64,000 bases of DNA. Source: Nitrospirota bacterium. GTDB lineage: Bacteria; Nitrospirota; UBA9217. A model generated the notes under the pieces. It made no database searches, was not told the origin of the DNA, and worked only from the letters and a program-made list of their open reading frames with translations. A program made the translations under genes and the position numbers. Positions 1 to 9,852 of the stretch are shown one piece after another. Location: NCBI GenBank assembly GCA_035623825.1, contig DASPSR010000022.1:32001-96000 (forward strand). Reading direction: 5' to 3'. How positions within the stretch are numbered: the stretch's first letter is position 1; every line of letters starts with the position of its first letter.

Positions 1-577
1 GGCCGGCCAGGAAAAAGATCGTCGTATTCAGAGCCAGCAGCAGGCCACCACCGATATAACCCATAGCATAGCCAAGGCTGGATACGCGATTCAAGTCCTC
101 AGGATGAGCAGTATGCGGCAGGAGACTGCTGTTCAGGCCAAGCGCAATGTTCATGATGACCTGGGTCAGAAAATACAGGACCAGCGCGGGTATCCACATC
201 CCGTCCTTCAGCAGGAACATCGATGAGGCCAGGAGCCCCCCTGCAAAGGTCAGCCGGATCAGTATGCTCTTTCGCCTGTCGGTCAGATCGGCATACGTGC
301 CGATAAGCGGGGCAAGGACAGCGGCGGTAAAAAGGGAGAGAGCAATCGTAAATGCAAAGATATTCGAAGCGCTGTCGCGTGCAAGGGCCCTTGCCGCTTC
401 ATTTGTTTCGCCCATGCCCGTTGTCAGGAATGCTGGAACGGCCAGCGCAAGAAAATAAGGAGGGAAATAGGTCGTCGCCGTTGTCGTGATATAGGCGTGG
501 TTTGCCCAATCGTACAGCGCCCATGAGAGAACACGGCGGCCATATGTTTTGTCATTTGTGTGCTGGATACGTCGCAA
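1..577 (-). CDS. MFS transporter, UMF1/Atg22-like family (5' part; runs off the window)
   Basis: Manual minus-strand translation from TTG at 577 (AAGGA RBS upstream) reads ..RRVLSWALYDWANHAYITTTATTYFPPYF.., the typical UMF1 N-terminal WALYDWAN motif. Not in the ORF track because it is truncated. Confidence 0.85.
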   Translation of the reverse strand, partial: MRRIQHTNDKTYGRRVLSWALYDWANHAYITTTATTYFPPYFLALAVPAFLTTGMGETNEAARALARDSASNIFAFTIALSLFTAAVLAPLIGTYADLTDRRKSILIRLTFAGGLLASSMFLLKDGMWIPALVLYFLTQVIMNIALGLNSSLLPHTAHPEDLNRVSSLGYAMGYIGGGLLLALNTTIFFLAG

Positions 578-857
578 TTCAGTCCTTTTTATGCCGGTCG
601 TTTTGCGGGTTAGGCTGTCTTACGGCACAATCTCCCTGGACATCGATATGCCGGTAATGGACGGCATTGGATTCCGCGGTGCGCGCACCATGCGGATTTA
701 TTTCCGCACTGTCGGGCGTTTTTTAATCCGGATAGTCCGATTATCTGGAACAGACCGGCATCCGGTATCTGGCATAGCCAGCGTCAGAGAAATCGTGACC
801 GATAAGAGGACATCCAGCCGGGGTATCTGGACCGTCGTCAAGAGCCAATGTTGCCGG

Positions 858-3263
858 TCATCTCCGACGTCGTGCCAAGGTCCAAATCCCGATCGCAGCA
901 GCTCCAGCTATGAAAAGTCCCCAACCTGCCCGCAGAAGCGGCGTATGGTACTCAAAAACGACGCTATGGGTGCCAGCTTCCACCCAAACTCCGCGAGCCA
1001 GATAATTCGCAGGCAGGATTTCGGACGCGTGCCCGTCAACTGATACAGTCCAGCCTGGTGCATAGGCGTCGTTGAGGACCAACAAGGCCCGATGGTCTGA
1101 CCTTGTCTCTAATGCCGTATGTTCCGGTTCATCCTGAATGATCTTCGCATCGCCATATGACGGAGCATAATCAGTCGGGACTGACGACTCCAACACGACA
1201 AAACCTGAGGAAATTGCATTGGGCTCAAGAGCGAACATCAATGCCCCCTTATCGTCAGCCTCCATGAGCTTTTTCGCCAGGTAGGCGCGAGGGCGGTGCG
1301 GTATCTCGACTGCATAGGCAGGCAGCTCAGCATCGGTGCCTAAGACTCGATAAGGAGGCGGCACTTTTACCTGTGCTGCCGCGTCCGGTTTGTCGGGTAC
1401 AATCGCCGACGAAACTCCCCAAAGGCCTGCTCCGATCATCGGTGTGAAATTTGTCGCTAATTCGTATCTATACATCCTGTCCTGGATCATGCCTTCATAG
1501 GGCCGGAAATTGCCAACGTGAGAAGGCACATTCCACGGGGCATCCAGGGTATGAGCAAACCAGCGATACATCCTCTCAAATGTGTCCAATGACGGCCAGC
1601 GATCTATTTGGGGACCAAATGGAACGATCGTTCGCTGGATACCGTCCTCCTGATTCAAGGCTGAAGCCAACGGAGGAGGGCTCCAGTGGAGGTTGTCGCT
1701 CAGATAAAATGCTCCTCGGTTTGCCAATGCGACATCGACGATCAGTACAAAGACAAGTGCTGCCCGAGATGCACGGGGAATCCAGTTTCGGCTTATGGAA
1801 TAAGAAACCAATCCTAACGGTACGGATGCGAGTGCCACATGCAAAAAGCCTTTGAACAGGTTCATGACCAGGGCTTCAGCCAGTGCTTGATTGTTTCCTC
1901 GTAGAACAAGTTGCGAAGCAGCATCGGGTGCTAAGGCAAGTGACGCCGCCACTAAAAATGAGACGACAGATGCTGTTCCTGCCAAGACTGCGAGACGCTT
2001 TGCCAGATGCCGGTCATCAGCTACGGCATCGATGCCAAAAGCGGACGCCATCGATACAAACAGGGTTGTCCAGATGGCCATCTTCTCCCAGTACCGGAAC
2101 GATCTGAGAATCGGGATCTGGCCTGCTATTTCCCAAAAACCACCATTGGCTCCCATTGCCATCCATGCGAATAGCGCTGCAATGACCAGCATCCACCGCG
2201 CAGATCGCGCGCGAAATGCGCCCGTTACGGCAAGGGTGAAGCACACCGCCCCGAGATATATGGAGAGGGCCCACGGATAAGGTGTCCATTCATTACCGGC
2301 GTATAATTGATAGAGAGGGTTGGCCAAGCTCCCCGGATCGCCCCGGAAGACGTGGGGTACTATGAACTCGGCAAGTCGGAAGGCGTGCAAGTTCCACTTC
2401 TCATAATCGAGCGGTAGGAGAGCCATGTTACGCGATGTATGCGGCAACCAAGCGAACACAGGAAGGTAGAAAGGCGCCGCACTAACGACGCTTGCCAGCA
2501 ATGCGATGAGCCCGCGTGCGGCCGCGCGTGGGCGTCCTTCTTTCGGACCAGCGGCAAATATCGCATAAAACGGGAGCATCAGCACGACGAAACCCCAACT
2601 CTGGGGATCGCCCGCAGAAGCGCATAGCGCTGAGGCCAGGCATAGGAGTGCTAGTCGAGAAGGAGTACCATGAATGAACCAGGCATGTGCCACGGCGAAT
2701 ACGAGCGGGAGTGTTGCATATGCCGAAAGGAATTGCAGATTGCTGCTCTCGCTCACCAAGAACCCCGAGATCCCAAAGGCGAGACCAGCGCCGATCGAGG
2801 CATACCAGCTCCTTCCAAGGCAACGTGCCCACGCAAAACCTCCCGCCATGGCGATAAAATACATGAGGAGTATCCAGAGTTTGAAGCCTAAGTCAAGCGA
2901 AGGGAGCAGAAGCAGATTGAACGGATGCTGGGCAGAATCAATGGCTCCTGCCACGATGGGTACGCCCAATCCTGAATAGGGATTCCATGCAGGGAACCGA
3001 CCATGCAACAGTTCCTGCGAAATGTATCGCTTCATCGGCTCGAATAAGCGGCCGGTGTCCAAATACACAAACTGTGCGGAAGAGAATACAGCGGGAGCAA
3101 AAAAAACGACCAGGACTGAAGCCATCACTGCATGTGCGAGAAGAAGCGCATGTTTCGGGTTGCCTTTCTGAGACTGAGTGGTATCGTTGATTCGAATATC
3201 CATGTTGTCGTGAGAATTATCGTTCACCACTATCTCCTCGCCAGGCGGGTTCGCCATGTGCAC
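858..3263 (-). CDS. YfhO-family (GT-C-like) integral membrane protein
   Basis: 801 aa with many TM segments; N-terminal FPAWNPYSGLGVP and C-terminal LVLNDAYAPGWTVSVDG..ANYLARGVWVEAGTHSVVFEY, both characteristic of YfhO. Confidence 0.85.
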   Translation of the reverse strand: MHMANPPGEEIVVNDNSHDNMDIRINDTTQSQKGNPKHALLLAHAVMASVLVVFFAPAVFSSAQFVYLDTGRLFEPMKRYISQELLHGRFPAWNPYSGLGVPIVAGAIDSAQHPFNLLLLPSLDLGFKLWILLMYFIAMAGGFAWARCLGRSWYASIGAGLAFGISGFLVSESSNLQFLSAYATLPLVFAVAHAWFIHGTPSRLALLCLASALCASAGDPQSWGFVVLMLPFYAIFAAGPKEGRPRAAARGLIALLASVVSAAPFYLPVFAWLPHTSRNMALLPLDYEKWNLHAFRLAEFIVPHVFRGDPGSLANPLYQLYAGNEWTPYPWALSIYLGAVCFTLAVTGAFRARSARWMLVIAALFAWMAMGANGGFWEIAGQIPILRSFRYWEKMAIWTTLFVSMASAFGIDAVADDRHLAKRLAVLAGTASVVSFLVAASLALAPDAASQLVLRGNNQALAEALVMNLFKGFLHVALASVPLGLVSYSISRNWIPRASRAALVFVLIVDVALANRGAFYLSDNLHWSPPPLASALNQEDGIQRTIVPFGPQIDRWPSLDTFERMYRWFAHTLDAPWNVPSHVGNFRPYEGMIQDRMYRYELATNFTPMIGAGLWGVSSAIVPDKPDAAAQVKVPPPYRVLGTDAELPAYAVEIPHRPRAYLAKKLMEADDKGALMFALEPNAISSGFVVLESSVPTDYAPSYGDAKIIQDEPEHTALETRSDHRALLVLNDAYAPGWTVSVDGHASEILPANYLARGVWVEAGTHSVVFEYHTPLLRAGWGLFIAGAAAIGIWTLARRRR

Positions 3264-4004
3264 CGGCCCGTCCGACTATTGACCGCACCACATTGAACAA
3301 TCCAGAAAAAAGATGTGAAGCATGTGACCTGCACGAAATCACCAATCACGGAGGAAGGTGGTCTCGTTTGATGGCGACATTTATTATAATACTCAAACTA
3401 ATCCATATCAAGTACAACATGCTCGCAATCAATTGCACGAGCTGCCTGGTCGAAGATAAGGAGAAAACCATGAAACACCTTCCTCTTGCAGCGCTGCTCG
3501 ATGTCGCGGGGTCTTATCGGCGGATCAGGAACAAGTGAACGAAAGGGCGTAACGGCAAAAGTCGAGCATGAAAGGGTGATTTGGGCCATTTGGATGACCT
3601 AAACGTCAAGTACAAGTTGCGAATTACCGATCTGATTATTTGACCGGTGAGGCGTGCAAGAGAACGTAAGCACGCAGATTCGCAGCATAGACGGCTTGGA
3701 TATGGGTTATTTGTAAGGAGAGGTTGATGGCCGGAGGATTTTCGCGTGCTCACGCCTGCATTGATCGTGGATGCCTTCCCGATCATGCGCGGGGATTTCT
3801 ACAATTAGTGATTACGAATATCTGCCATTCCGCGACGGGATTTTTTCCCGCGATTCATGACTTCATTGTATCGATATTGGTGCCGCGATCCTGCAAACCA
3901 ACGCTATGAGCGGGGGCTGACGCTGGCGCTGCGCATAACTTTTCTTTTGTAGATCTTGTTTTATGCTCCTTCAGATTGGCTGTCGTGAGGCAGTCAAGGA
4001 CCGT

Positions 4005-4976
4005 TCACTCCTTTGCCGGCGTCCATGTCTTGTCGGGATTGTATGATTTCATCTGCTGGGCGATCTTCATGGTGTCCGGTCCGAGGTTCTTCTGGTATAT
4101 CTTCCCTTGCTGGTTAACGATAAAGGTCATCACTCCTGACTTGCCCCAGTCTGATGGGAATGCGACAAGGGCAAAGCCTCCGACCATGTTCCCATTGACA
4201 ATGTAATTGTACTTGCCTCCCGGGGCATACTTCCCCTGCCGGGTCAATATCTTGAAATAATATCCATGAAACGGTACCGGCTGTTCCTTGAAGAGGGACT
4301 TTCCTTTTTTATATCCCTCCGTGCGGGCTTGCGTCACGAGTTCGCCCAAGGGGCTTACTGGTTCGCCCGGCGCGTGCCTCCAGAACAGACCGTTCTTCTT
4401 GCCGGGATCACTCCGGAGCTTTTGCGCATACGCGAGGATTCCATTCCCCTCCCAGTCTATCAGGACATAGTCGCGCTGCGCCTTGACATAGGTGCGGCAG
4501 ACGAAGATGGCCGTCAGTTCATTTTCTCCGATACGCCGGTTCAGGATCTCCTCTTGTCCCGATGCGCTATCAAAGAACCATTGACCATGCTGTTTTACCA
4601 GGGGAATCGGAAAGGGCCAGTTTTCATTGCCTATGTAAATAATCGCCCTTGCATCATTCTCTTTGACTATGTTGGTCTTCTCAGCAACATGTTTGGCAAA
4701 TTCCTCGAATTCAGCGGCTTCCTGCACCTCATCGCTGGAGCGGAGGTCCTTTGCGGACGGTCCGAATATCTGCTCAAGCGCGGCCTTGTCGTGTGCCGTG
4801 ACCGCGTCGACGAGTCCCTTTAAGGCATCTTCAGGGGTGGCAAATAATCTTTGCTGTGCTTCCCCCATGAGCGGTGTGCTCCAAGAGGCGCACAAGGCCG
4901 CGGTAACCAAAAGCGCAGCGATAAAAGTTATGCCTCGCGGCGTACGAAATGAGAATTTCCATTGCATTGTCTCCAT
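4005..4976 (-). CDS. DUF2950 domain protein (exported)
   Basis: FATPEDA, WPFPIPLVK, EEILNRRIGENE, PFHGYYFKILT and GVMTFIVNQQG motifs; signal peptide. Start at ATG 4976 or TTG 5000. Confidence 0.88.
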   Translation of the reverse strand: METMQWKFSFRTPRGITFIAALLVTAALCASWSTPLMGEAQQRLFATPEDALKGLVDAVTAHDKAALEQIFGPSAKDLRSSDEVQEAAEFEEFAKHVAEKTNIVKENDARAIIYIGNENWPFPIPLVKQHGQWFFDSASGQEEILNRRIGENELTAIFVCRTYVKAQRDYVLIDWEGNGILAYAQKLRSDPGKKNGLFWRHAPGEPVSPLGELVTQARTEGYKKGKSLFKEQPVPFHGYYFKILTRQGKYAPGGKYNYIVNGNMVGGFALVAFPSDWGKSGVMTFIVNQQGKIYQKNLGPDTMKIAQQMKSYNPDKTWTPAKE

Positions 4977-5056
4977 AACGTTCTTCCTTTCCAGATTCAA
5001 TTTGTCCCGTCATATCGAAACGTAACTGACGCAATGCTGCAACCGTGTCATCGCTG

Positions 5057-6409
5057 CTAGCGCGGTCTCCCCGTCGGTGCATTCCCGCCAGCGGGGGCAC
5101 GTGCGTGACCCTCGGCGGACCCGGTCGGGCGCATCCTTTCAGCGCTTTGACGACTGGCCTGGCCACGGAGGCTCTGTTCCCTGGCTTCATTAGCACCTCT
5201 GTATCCGCCGAAAGCAACTGATGGGGTCCGGCCGGGCTGGCTCGAGGGGCTGCTGCTGACGCGCGGAGTAGCCGATGTCGGCTGCTGACCCGTCTCTGGG
5301 GTCGGCGTAGTCCGCTGCTCCCTTAGGTCGGAAGGAGGCACTGACGGTTGCTGGCCGAAAGCTGGGGCAGGCACGTTGGGCCGCGGGCTTACGCCTGGGT
5401 TCACTGGCTCAGGCGGTGTCCCGGCTATGCCACGGCTTTCTCGACCGCGACTGCTGTACGCGTAGGTGTCCCCCCTGGGGCCGAACATTCCTCCAGCCGG
5501 CCTCGGTTGTATCGCCGTCCGACCCTCGACCTCACCGGTACGCATGTGCCATTCTGCGTTCGGGCCGCTGGGGTGAGACGCGAGGTAACTAGCCGGACCG
5601 CCGTGCGATCTATCATGTATCCATGTCTGATTTACATACGGCCTGCTGCGGTCGATATATACATTCCTTACATGAACATATGGCCTTGCATTATTGACCC
5701 AGCCGGGGCGGTCCCATCCGTGGTAGATTACGTGGTGGTGACCCCAGTCAAAGTCCATGCTCAGCCAGCCTCCGATCGCAAGGCCATAACCAAACGTAAT
5801 GAAAGGCGGACCGCTCGGGATGGGTTCCTCGATATATACAACCGAAGGGTCATACTGGGGGACATAAACATACTGAGGTTGGGTCGGGACGATCTGTATA
5901 TAGTCTCCCTGGATGATGACGGTTTGTTCATTGTTACTGACTAGATTGCCGACAGACCGCGCCCGCCACCTGAGCCGCTGGATCGAATTGGCTACGTCTT
6001 CCGGCTGGTTGAGAAAGGCATCTCCCAAATTGGCCGTCCAGTCCATGTTAGCTGCCATCATCTGAAGAATATTTGGATAGTGGGCAATTGCCTTGACGGA
6101 ATCAGCCCAGTTCTGCTCATCAACAATTGACACATCCCCGCCGCTGTTAAGCCACGCCGCAGCATCGGCGACCTCCATCGGATACGTCGAGGCCGGAAGA
6201 ATCTGGGCCAGCAGGGGATCGGGGTATAGTGCTACGGGGGCGAGGAGATCTTCAAGCTCCTGGTCCGTAAAGGATGATGAGTATGACAGATCCGTGTCTT
6301 GCGCCCTGGCCTGAATGGACAGGAAGGTTGAAAGGAATAACAAAAACGCAAGCAGGAAGCCCTTTATAAGGGTGCTGTTCAAAGGCGCACGTCCTTTCTT
6401 TTTATGCAA
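5057..6409 (-). CDS. DUF3300 domain protein with Pro/Gly/Arg-rich disordered tail
   Basis: ELEDLLAPVALYPDPLLAQILPASTYP and WTANLGDAFLNQPEDV motifs; usual partner upstream of DUF2950. Confidence 0.9.
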   Translation of the reverse strand: MHKKKGRAPLNSTLIKGFLLAFLLFLSTFLSIQARAQDTDLSYSSSFTDQELEDLLAPVALYPDPLLAQILPASTYPMEVADAAAWLNSGGDVSIVDEQNWADSVKAIAHYPNILQMMAANMDWTANLGDAFLNQPEDVANSIQRLRWRARSVGNLVSNNEQTVIIQGDYIQIVPTQPQYVYVPQYDPSVVYIEEPIPSGPPFITFGYGLAIGGWLSMDFDWGHHHVIYHGWDRPGWVNNARPYVHVRNVYIDRSRPYVNQTWIHDRSHGGPASYLASHPSGPNAEWHMRTGEVEGRTAIQPRPAGGMFGPRGDTYAYSSRGRESRGIAGTPPEPVNPGVSPRPNVPAPAFGQQPSVPPSDLREQRTTPTPETGQQPTSATPRVSSSPSSQPGRTPSVAFGGYRGANEAREQSLRGQASRQSAERMRPTGSAEGHARAPAGGNAPTGRPR

Positions 6410-6677
6410 CGGATCTTTATAGACGGTATTCGATTCTCTTCATGACGCCGAGTTTTTCCCAACTTATTCGATATTGTATTAGACACGATTTGAAGTTAAA
6501 AGTTGCACCGTTTTCCCCCGTTATCGAAAAATAATAGGAGCTCATGGTATCAATTTCTAAATGCCACATTGCTCGCGGCTGGATTCACACTATTGGAGCA
6601 CATGAATTTTTCCAGTTAAACGGAAAAATTAAAATGCTAGAATTGTCATATCATAAAAAAGCATAAAGAATATATCC

Positions 6678-6694
6678 TGTTTCAGAATGAAACA
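6678..6694. promoter_or_regulatory. Palindromic enhancer (putative NtrC-type activator site 1)
   Basis: Perfect inverted repeat TGTTTCA-gaa-TGAAACA about 220 bp upstream of a sigma54 promoter. Confidence 0.6.
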
Positions 6695-6829
6695 CATATA
6701 TTCTCTAAAATGCTGTCGGATTAATCACAATCGATCTTAGAATTCAATGAAGTAACCCTCGGTAGATATTAATTTATTTCCTGATAATGGAGACGTGTCT
6801 CGCGAGTATTCACAGATAATGTTCGAACG

Positions 6830-6846
6830 TGTTTAATCATGAAACA
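6830..6846. promoter_or_regulatory. Palindromic enhancer (putative activator site 2)
   Basis: TGTTTAA-tca-TGAAACA: same 7-3-7 spacing, one arm mismatch to site 1. Confidence 0.55.
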
Positions 6847-6899
6847 GCACTAGAAATCACATTACAATAAATTACCAATGATTACAACGTGTAGCGATC

Positions 6900-6915
6900 T
6901 GGCACCACATTTGCT
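6900..6915 (+). promoter_or_regulatory. Sigma54 (RpoN) -24/-12 promoter
   Basis: TGGCAC-CACAT-TTGCT matches TGGCAC-N5-TTGCW exactly and ends 42 bp before the ATG at 6958 (GGAGGA RBS). Confidence 0.85.
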
Positions 6916-6957
6916 CATAAATATATGGAAGAAATCATTCCATAGGAGGATTCTATC

Positions 6958-7494
6958 ATGCCCAGGGAACATATGTTGTTCGTAACTTACCATGACTCAG
7001 ATATCGAGGACGGGATTGCCTATGTGGTCGAATTAGCCAGAGCCTTGAGTGAGGATATCGTCGTTCTATTGATTCATAAAAAGGACACCATCCTGAAGAA
7101 GTTAGAAAATAAAATGATTGCAATCACGTTTGCTGAGGCCGGCGATCATAAGACAGCAGTGGAGATGGCTAAGCCGGCCAATGAAAAGAGTCCGAGAGAT
7201 GATAGCGGAAAAATCAGGGATCTCGTTCTCAGAATGCGTAAGTCAGGACTCCACCTGAGCGTAGAGAGCACTAATCAAAAGCTGGTTCCCGGCATTCGCA
7301 GTTATGTCAAACAATATCCCAGCGTAGACAAGGTCGTCCTGAGTCCTGCAGTGACCGAAAGCGAGGCATTGACCACGCGCGACCTGAGCGCTTTGGTACG
7401 GACGGCATCCCGTCCGCTTGTAACGATGACAAGACAAGCAGTTCGCGAAGCGCTCCACTCTGCAAATTCCCCAAAGAAAAGATTCGCCGCATGA
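6958..7494 (+). CDS. Hypothetical protein, USP-like fold
   Basis: 178 aa, strong RBS; AITFAEAGDH..A motif typical of sigma54-linked small proteins of Nitrospirota/Desulfobacterota; USP-like termini. Confidence 0.65.
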   Translation: MPREHMLFVTYHDSDIEDGIAYVVELARALSEDIVVLLIHKKDTILKKLENKMIAITFAEAGDHKTAVEMAKPANEKSPRDDSGKIRDLVLRMRKSGLHLSVESTNQKLVPGIRSYVKQYPSVDKVVLSPAVTESEALTTRDLSALVRTASRPLVTMTRQAVREALHSANSPKKRFAA

Positions 7495-7709
7495 GTATTC
7501 ATCGGCTCCGTGTTTTTTGATTTGCTTTGCCATCCCGGTTTATGCGGTGTCAGGCATTACCGGTCTGCTCCTTCCAGTCATTTAGATCCGGTTGTCAGTC
7601 CAAGTGAGGATAATTCGTGATAATTCTGTGCGCCGATGTTCCAGCCTGACAGGAAACGGTCAGTCGTCGCCGTACTGTTGATCCTGTATTGCCAAGAGGG
7701 CATCAATTC

Positions 7710-8531
7710 ATGAAGAAACGCGAAGTGCAAAATAATAAACTCAGGATTTTAAGAACCAAAGGAGCGATTTATCTCCTGTTTGCGGTTTTTATGATACAAG
7801 GTTTGAATACTTCATCCGCTCATGCTATGATCTCCATCAAGGCAAACCACGAAGACATCAAGATCGATTTCTTCTATCACGGAAGCACGGTAATTTTTTC
7901 AGGAGAGGCAGATGAGGGGACCGATCTCGTCATAAAGGTCGCTTCACCCGATAGTCATCAGATTATGAAGAAAAAGGGCAAGGTCGGCGGACTTCTCTGG
8001 ATGACCGTGGGAACCGTGAAATTCGAGCAGACGCCGAGCTTGTATCATATCCATAGCACAAAGGCGCTGGACGACATTCTCGGGGCCGAGGAGCAGCAAA
8101 AGTATGTAATCGGGTATCCCGCACTCAGGAAGCACGCGGAGATCGTCCCCGTCATCGACGAGGCCGATAAGAATCATTGGCTCAATGAGTTCGTGATGTT
8201 CCAGGAGCAGATGAGATTGTACACTGTGTCAGCCGGGAAGATCATTGCAACACCGCTTGGGAATGGACGGCAAAGATACAGCATCACGACCGAGTGGCCA
8301 TATCAGGCCGCACCCGGCAACTATACGGCCACAATCTATGCAGTAAAAGACAGGAAAGTTTTGGATCTTGCTGCAACAAAGATTTCGGTCGAGCAGACAG
8401 GCATCGTCGAGATGCTATCGACGATGGCGAAGAACAGAGCGGCCCTCTATGGGATTCTCTCCGTGGGAATCGCGCTGGCGGCCGGGTTCGGCGTGGGCAT
8501 ACTATTCAGAAAGGGAGGAGGTTCTCACTAA
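7710..8531 (+). CDS. TIGR02186-family protein (signal peptide plus C-terminal TM)
   Basis: IKIDFFYHGS..KKGKVGGLLWM..APGNYTA..LYGILSVGIALAAGFGVG..GGGSH pattern. Confidence 0.8.
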   Translation: MKKREVQNNKLRILRTKGAIYLLFAVFMIQGLNTSSAHAMISIKANHEDIKIDFFYHGSTVIFSGEADEGTDLVIKVASPDSHQIMKKKGKVGGLLWMTVGTVKFEQTPSLYHIHSTKALDDILGAEEQQKYVIGYPALRKHAEIVPVIDEADKNHWLNEFVMFQEQMRLYTVSAGKIIATPLGNGRQRYSITTEWPYQAAPGNYTATIYAVKDRKVLDLAATKISVEQTGIVEMLSTMAKNRAALYGILSVGIALAAGFGVGILFRKGGGSH

Positions 8532-9388
8532 TGTACAACACGATAATCGTTGGCTACGATGAGTCCGAACCAAGCAAGGCGGCTCTCAAGGAATCGTCGC
8601 TCTGGGTCAAGAAGCACGGTGGGAGACTCTACCTGGTCCATGCCGTCTTCTTTAACGAGGAGGAGTTTACGAATTTGCCGGCACAACGGGAGCAGCGGCT
8701 GGAACTGGGCGGCAAGATATGCAAAACTGCAAAACAGACCGTCCTGGCAGAAGACGCCATTGAAGTGGAATCCCTCCTATGCGAAGGAGAGCCTCCAGAA
8801 GTCATTGCAGACGTGGCCCGAGGCAAGCAGGCGGACCTCATCGCCCTGGGCACCTACGGCAGAAGGGGACTCAGGCGGCTCCTGATGGGGAGTGTGACGG
8901 CAGAGGTCATCCTCAAGGCCCCATGTGATGTTCTGGTTGTGAAGAGGCAATGCAGCGAGTGCACCGGTCGATACAGTTCGCTTCTGGCTTCTTTTGACGG
9001 GTCGGAAAACAGCAGAAAGGCGCTTCAGCGCGCGTGCGAACTGGCCAAGGCTGACAATGCGGTTGTTTCCGTCCTCTATGTAATTCCGAGATATGAGGAG
9101 ATGATCGAGTTTTTCAAGACCGAATCCATCCAGAAGAGCTTGAGACGAGAGGCAGAGAATATTATCACCCAAGCGCAAAAGATTGCAGTGGAGTCGGGAG
9201 TGAACATAAAGACTTATATCCGGGAGGGAAACGCTGCAGATGAAGTTATCACCGCGACTGAAACAATTGAGAGCGACCTGATCATCATGGGCACTCACGG
9301 ATGGAAAGGATTCAGTAAAGCCGTCATGGGAAGTACGACGAGACGGGTTGTTACCCACGCATCCTGTCCGGTCCTCGTCGTGAAGTGA
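8531..9388 (+). CDS. Universal stress protein (tandem USP domains)
   Basis: MYNTIIVGYDES; two GTxGxxG..MGS motifs (GTYGRRGLRRLLMGSV, GTHGWKGFSKAVMGST); ATG overlaps the upstream TAA. Confidence 0.93.
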   Translation: MYNTIIVGYDESEPSKAALKESSLWVKKHGGRLYLVHAVFFNEEEFTNLPAQREQRLELGGKICKTAKQTVLAEDAIEVESLLCEGEPPEVIADVARGKQADLIALGTYGRRGLRRLLMGSVTAEVILKAPCDVLVVKRQCSECTGRYSSLLASFDGSENSRKALQRACELAKADNAVVSVLYVIPRYEEMIEFFKTESIQKSLRREAENIITQAQKIAVESGVNIKTYIREGNAADEVITATETIESDLIIMGTHGWKGFSKAVMGSTTRRVVTHASCPVLVVK

Positions 9389-9635
9389 GGGGATTTTCAT
9401 CATTTCCATGCCAATTTCCTCTCTGCTCGCGGACGACCTACCTATATATTCTTGGCAACGCTTGCTTGCAATCGCGCCCTGCTGCGCCTTCGAGTTGCAC
9501 GAGGGTATGTTCTTCTTGAATTGAAGAATTACCGGCCTTTTCCAGATCGATCAAACTGGGATCAGCGAGATATGCGACTATCGCACTATTTGCCCGAAAG
9601 CGAACGCGGGACCTGCGGAAGGTGTGTAATAGTCC

Positions 9636-9663
9636 TTGCGTTTAAAACCCCATGTTTTATAAT
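9636..9663 (+). promoter_or_regulatory. Sigma70 promoter
   Basis: TTGCGT-N16-TATAAT. Confidence 0.5.
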
Positions 9664-9852
9664 GTCATACAAGGGCGCGAGCTTCGCAGAAAAAGACACG
9701 GGAAAACTTTTCATCACGGACAAAGCAGACGGATTCCAGCAGCGATCGCCAGTGCAGCTTTGCGAAGCCTGATTATTTGATCAGGGGGGGCGATACGAGA
9801 CCCCGAAGCTTCCGCTTGGCCAAAGATCCTCTAACGAAAGGGAATAAGTACC

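Noticed and set aside
549-1043. 164-aa plus-strand ORF
   Set aside because: Overlaps both neighbouring minus-strand genes; only a 13-residue REC-like patch looks protein-like.
8294-8530. 79-aa N-terminal extension of the USP ORF
   Set aside because: Overlaps the TIGR02186 gene; the USP domain starts at ATG 8531 after a GGAGG RBS.
9699-9758. Second, degenerate GEMM-like aptamer (GGGAAAAC..ACAAAGC..GAT-CG-CC-AG)
   Set aside because: The P3-like part is suggestive, but no P2 hairpin or GNRA loop can form. Reported only as a generic structured-RNA candidate.
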